From a virus: a DNA stretch of 53,030 bases. Where the stretch lies: the IMG/VR virus record IMGVR_UViG_3300012971_000007, positions 1 to 53,030 of that record; one strand, 5' to 3'. The notes under the pieces are model-generated. The model did no database searches, was not told the origin of the DNA, and saw only the letters and a list, made by a program, of their open reading frames with translations. A program made the translations under genes and the position numbers. This document shows, piece by piece, positions 49,450 to 53,030 of this stretch (the stretch's first letter is position 1; every line of letters begins with the position of its first letter).

Positions 49450-49892
49450 CCCGCCCCGGTCCCGTCGCCTTGATCCTGCTCCGGCAAGCCTGGCGTCTAC
49501 GCCTCCAGCTTGCCGGATTCCAGGACATCGAGAACGAGGACGGATCCCTGCGGGGCCCGCACTTCCCCGGCACCCAGCTCTACGAACCCACCCCAGCCGA
49601 GATCACGAAGGGCGACTACTACCGACGCCTGGCGATCGAATCCTGGCGCGATCCCCCCCTACGCCATGGCCCTAACAGGCGCCGCCGCTACTACACCTCT
49701 TTCGGCCGGATCACCCCCATGAACCGGTCCAAGGCCAAGGACAGAAAGATCCTGTTCCTGCTCTCAAGCGGCACGCCGATCCGGAAGGTGATGGCCCAGC
49801 TCCATGTAGGCCAAGGCCGGGTCTACCGCCTTCTCGCCAAGATCCACCAACGCATCGCAAGGGAGACACGACATGGGAAAGAGACCGCCTGA
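49446..49892 (+). CDS. HTH regulator (LuxR / sigma70 region 4-like C-terminus)
   Basis: GTGA overlap. Contains DRKILFLLSSGTPIRKVMAQLHVGQGRVYRLLAKIHQRI. Confidence 0.55.
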   Translation: MTRPGPVALILLRQAWRLRLQLAGFQDIENEDGSLRGPHFPGTQLYEPTPAEITKGDYYRRLAIESWRDPPLRHGPNRRRRYYTSFGRITPMNRSKAKDRKILFLLSSGTPIRKVMAQLHVGQGRVYRLLAKIHQRIARETRHGKETA

Positions 49893-50148
49893 ACCAGCAC
49901 CCGCGGACGACGGGACGCGACCGGAACCGGCCGAATCGCCGCTGGGCAATTTCGTCGCGGCATTGACCGGAGCGCCGGCCCATCAGAATCCGCTGGCCGT
50001 TCCGGCGGTCCTGAACCCGACGGGGGCCGCCCGGGACTTCGCCCTGGCCGCCGCCGAGCTGCTGAAGTCTGGTCCCGGCATGCTGCACCAGTCCCGAACG
50101 CAGGCCATTCGCCTGCTCAACGCCGCGATCGCCCTGATCGCCACCTGA
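49873..50148 (+). CDS. Hypothetical protein (91 aa)
   Basis: Track ORF overlapping the upstream gene by 20 nt. Confidence 0.45.
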   Translation: MGKRPPEPAPADDGTRPEPAESPLGNFVAALTGAPAHQNPLAVPAVLNPTGAARDFALAAAELLKSGPGMLHQSRTQAIRLLNAAIALIAT

Positions 50149-50165
50149 AAGCCGAGGAAACACCA

Positions 50166-50588
50166 ATGGGAGACGAACCAAACGCACCGCCGGAACGGCC
50201 TAAGCCCCCGATTAACAAGGGGGGACGACCGCGGAATTTGCCACGCATCGCGGACACGACGATCCAGAGCATGGACGCCGAGACGATCATCAAGAAGCTG
50301 TTCGAGACGCTGGCCTACGAGGTGGTCCGCCTGCGCCGCCTAGCAGCCAGAAAGGGCAGCCTGACGCCCGACGAGTGCAAGCGGACGTCGCTGGTAGCCC
50401 GCGCTGTCGAGACCTGCGCCCAGGCCAAGCGCCACATCATCGAGGCGACGAAGGCCGAGGACCTGTCCGGCATCCCGACCGAGCAACTCACGCGCGTCGT
50501 GGTCAGCCAGATGCGCAAGCTGCCCGAGCTGCACGCCGCCGTCGTGGCCGAGATCAACCGGACGAAGGGCGAGGAGAAGCCGGCATGA
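50166..50588 (+). CDS. Hypothetical protein (140 aa); weak small-terminase candidate
   Basis: gaggaaacacca lies before the ATG. The N-terminus NKGGRPRNLP resembles some TerS HTH leaders. Confidence 0.55.
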   Translation: MGDEPNAPPERPKPPINKGGRPRNLPRIADTTIQSMDAETIIKKLFETLAYEVVRLRRLAARKGSLTPDECKRTSLVARAVETCAQAKRHIIEATKAEDLSGIPTEQLTRVVVSQMRKLPELHAAVVAEINRTKGEEKPA

Positions 50589-50872
50589 ATGAGCAACGGC
50601 TGACACGAGCGCTCGCCGCATTCGAGGTGTTATTCCAGCACGACTGGGACCGCAAACCGCACGCAACGGTGAACTGGAAGACGACCGTCAACGGCTGGGA
50701 GATGCAGCCTTCGCGCGCCAACTGGCAGCTCCAGGCGCCGACCATGGACGGCTGCGTCGACCTGTTCATTGCGAAGATCCTGGAGTGCGCGGCCAAGGGC
50801 GTCCGCGATGGGCGCGCCCACTACGAAGAACAACTGGTGAAGGCGCGGAAGGTAGAGACGGAGATCGGATGA
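50585..50872 (+). CDS. Hypothetical protein (95 aa)
   Basis: ATGA overlap. Confidence 0.55.
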   Translation: MNEQRLTRALAAFEVLFQHDWDRKPHATVNWKTTVNGWEMQPSRANWQLQAPTMDGCVDLFIAKILECAAKGVRDGRAHYEEQLVKARKVETEIG

Positions 50873-51219
50873 ACACTTGCGAACACGCAGTCAGCGTTAA
50901 GGAACCATGCCAGCAATGTGAGTTGTTCTATCTGCACCATACGGAAGGCAGGTCTGTCGACAATGTGATCGCGAACATCGAAGCGATCGGCCTGATCCGC
51001 GGATGGGATCTGCGGGAGCTATACCTGGTAGCGCCGTTCGGTTTCTGCAACGTCGCCTATCGTCACTGTAAGGATGCTCGGATGGAGAAGCACGGCGGGC
51101 GAAACGTCGTGATCGTCCCGGCTGTGAGCGGGGACATCACCATCCATCTTGGCACCTCTGGCAAGACGATCTTCGTCATGCGCCAGGGCGACGCTATCGA
51201 CCAACTGGAGTGGTATTGA
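50869..51219 (+). CDS. Hypothetical protein (116 aa)
   Basis: ATGA overlap. Confidence 0.55.
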   Translation: MNTCEHAVSVKEPCQQCELFYLHHTEGRSVDNVIANIEAIGLIRGWDLRELYLVAPFGFCNVAYRHCKDARMEKHGGRNVVIVPAVSGDITIHLGTSGKTIFVMRQGDAIDQLEWY

Positions 51220-51659
51220 ATCCAACCTTCGTTATCCGTCCGGCCCGCGCCTCGGACAGCGCGTTCCTGTTCTCTTCCTTCTTGGACAGCTACCGAGAGA
51301 GCGATGAGACGAACGGCATCCCGAACCGAATCTTCTACGAAGTGTTCAAGCTGGAGTTCGCCGCCATCCTGTCCAGCTTCGACGTCCTGGTGGCGCACCC
51401 AGAGGGGGATGACGACGAGATCGCTGGCTGGCTGGCGAAAAGCGGGCGCGTGGTCGGATGGATCTACGTCAAAAAGACGCCCTGGCGTCACTGCGGCGTA
51501 GCCAGGCAGCTCTGGAACGCCGCCAACATGGGGATCGAGGCGAGCGCCATCTACGGCGCGAGCTGGGCCCTCAAGCTGGCCAAGCTGAAGGGTTTGCGCA
51601 TCTCGATGCTGCCGCACGGGAAGGTCGTACGGATGCTGACGGAGGCGCGGCACGAATGA
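51210..51659 (+). CDS. GNAT-family acetyltransferase-like protein
   Basis: Contains IAGWLAKSGRVVGWIYVKKTPWRHCGVARQLW, which resembles GNAT motif A. Confidence 0.5.
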   Translation: MVLNPTFVIRPARASDSAFLFSSFLDSYRESDETNGIPNRIFYEVFKLEFAAILSSFDVLVAHPEGDDDEIAGWLAKSGRVVGWIYVKKTPWRHCGVARQLWNAANMGIEASAIYGASWALKLAKLKGLRISMLPHGKVVRMLTEARHE

Positions 51660-52078
51660 AGTCCTTATTGGTCGACGCCTCGGGCGTTCCGTTGCCGCCA
51701 TCCGACGCCCCGGAGGTGATCCACCCACAACGGGAGAAGGGCTACGAAGCAGGCGCCGCCAGCGCCCCGAACGAGAAGCTAATGGAAGACTTGATCGAAC
51801 TGACGATCGGCTACCTGCTGGACGAGACCCAGCCCGTCCGAGACCTAGAACGCAGCTACGAGAACCTCCTTGGCTTCCTGGCCGGCTACAACGACATGAT
51901 GGCGGTCAAGCCGCTGCTGTTCCTGACGCGCCAGCAGACAGCGAAGGTCGAACGGTTGCCGCGTCGGATCCGCCGGGCCTGGTTCAGCGAATACGAGCGG
52001 GGTGTGCGTGCATGGCGGAAACGGGGCGGTACATTGGTTGAGGGCAATCGGCCCGTGCTGCCGGAGATACCAGGGTGA
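51656..52078 (+). CDS. Hypothetical protein (140 aa)
   Basis: ATGA overlap. Confidence 0.55.
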   Translation: MKSLLVDASGVPLPPSDAPEVIHPQREKGYEAGAASAPNEKLMEDLIELTIGYLLDETQPVRDLERSYENLLGFLAGYNDMMAVKPLLFLTRQQTAKVERLPRRIRRAWFSEYERGVRAWRKRGGTLVEGNRPVLPEIPG

Positions 52079-52197
52079 ACATCGATTGGTCGTATTGCCT
52101 GGCCGACAACCAGTACATCGAGACGCTGCACGTGATTTACGTGTCACCGACGACTTACGCCAGGCTGGCACAGGAACTGACAACGAAGGAGACGACA

Positions 52198-53030
52198 ATG
52201 GGAGACGAAGCACAGCAGGAACCGACGAAGCCCGAGACCGGGCAGCGATGGCGCTGGACCAAGCCCGGGATCGGCCAGCAGTGCTTGGCCAAGTGGTGGC
52301 AGGTGGGCGACGTTGCCCTCAACGGGAACGTCAAGATCTCCAAATGCGCCGATGGTTGCACGACGCATTCATCGTTCGGGGAAGTAACGTTCAAAAGAGG
52401 GGAACAGGAATTTGTCGGGTGGGAGCCCGGCTATGGCCCGCAGCCCTCTGAGTCGCGGTGCCCGCACATCCGGCAGGAAATCTTCGGCAGCCAGATGCCG
52501 TGCGCGCACCCGACCTGCGAGGAAGGATTCAAAGGCGCGGTGCTGACGCTGATGTCACCGGGCGGCTACCGCCTGCAATTCGACCGTAGGGCGTCGGTAA
52601 CGATCGACAATTACCACTTCTATGCCTGTCCGCAGATCGAAGAAGCAGGAGCACCGGCCCAACTGCTGGCACACCTGCGCGCCTACGGGTTCGCCTCGGC
52701 GATCATCGAGAACAAGCCCCAGCCGAAGAAGGCGACAAAGCGGCCAGAGCGCGAGAAGGCGGACGCGCTGCGGTCCCAGTTCTACGGTGATCTGTCGGCA
52801 AGCGCGAATATCCAGGCGGCGATGCAGGCGCGACAATCAGGCAAGTCGCTGGCGATCGCGGGCCGGGCCAGCGCCCAGGCTATGCGCGCCCAGGAACAGC
52901 TCTGGGCCCAAGAAGCGCACAACGCGATCGTGGCAGCCACCGCCAAGCAGGCCGTGCCACGCATCGGCGTGAAGAAGCCCCAGAAGCGCGAGGTGTCCCA
53001 CAACGGGCGGACCTGGATCGACTACGACCG
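52198..53030 (+). CDS. 5' part of the wrap-around ORF (continues at 124-367 of the circle; about 358 aa); Cys/His-rich N-terminal half
   Basis: aaggag lies 6 nt before ATG 52198, and there is no stop before the window end. An in-frame GTG at 52075 (GTGA overlap) is an alternative start. Confidence 0.6.
   Translation, partial: MGDEAQQEPTKPETGQRWRWTKPGIGQQCLAKWWQVGDVALNGNVKISKCADGCTTHSSFGEVTFKRGEQEFVGWEPGYGPQPSESRCPHIRQEIFGSQMPCAHPTCEEGFKGAVLTLMSPGGYRLQFDRRASVTIDNYHFYACPQIEEAGAPAQLLAHLRAYGFASAIIENKPQPKKATKRPEREKADALRSQFYGDLSASANIQAAMQARQSGKSLAIAGRASAQAMRAQEQLWAQEAHNAIVAATAKQAVPRIGVKKPQKREVSHNGRTWIDYD
52908..53030. repeat. Terminal direct repeat, copy 2
   Basis: Identical to 1-123. Confidence 0.9.

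Noticed and set aside
50166-50588. A firm small-terminase call.
   Set aside because: The only support is a GGRPRN-type N-terminal hint. The gene is 3.5 kb upstream of terL with seven genes between them, so it is left as a weak candidate.

Overview
The window is a complete, circularly closed, GC-rich phage genome. Its first 123 bases recur exactly as its last 123, giving a unit length of 52,907 bp, and one ORF runs across that junction. All family calls come from motifs read by eye; no searches or folding programs were run.

Gene order:
- **Rightward late block (about 50.2 kb, across the junction, to 27.3 kb).** It holds small unknown genes, a GNAT-like gene, large terminase, portal, scaffold and major capsid. 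It continues with adaptor- and nozzle-like tail proteins, three large putative internal virion proteins, a beta-helix tailspike and a lysis cassette. The cassette has two holin-like proteins, a proline-rich lipoprotein, an HNH endonuclease and a CHAP/NlpC-type endolysin. The layout looks podovirus-like, and no phage RNA polymerase gene is visible.
- **Leftward operon (31391 to 27556).** It carries DUF932-like, DUF3846-like and small Cys-rich proteins. Unusual tRNA-like elements lie within and just downstream of it (27293-27886).
- **Rightward early operon (31498 to about 50 kb).** It encodes a Sak4-like ATPase, a PD-(D/E)XK nuclease, ParB-like and DGQHR (DndB/DpdB-type) proteins and a RuvC-like resolvase. 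It also encodes a PP-loop PAPS-reductase-like protein, a tyrosine integrase, DnaA-C-like and replication-organizer-like proteins, a Dam-type methylase, a possible DpdA-like protein and QueE.

Most unusual signals:
1. A tRNA 3' half sits directly upstream of its matching 5' half, in circularly permuted order. Two further non-canonical tRNA-like genes lie nearby.
2. An exact-spacing 29-bp cassette (GTGCAGGGTA-N8-GCATTGGCGTG) fills four late intergenic gaps and supplies the GTG start codon in three of them.
3. Three early promoter-like sites carry the same tandem heptamer in the spacer.
4. A DNA-modification gene set is scattered across the early operon.
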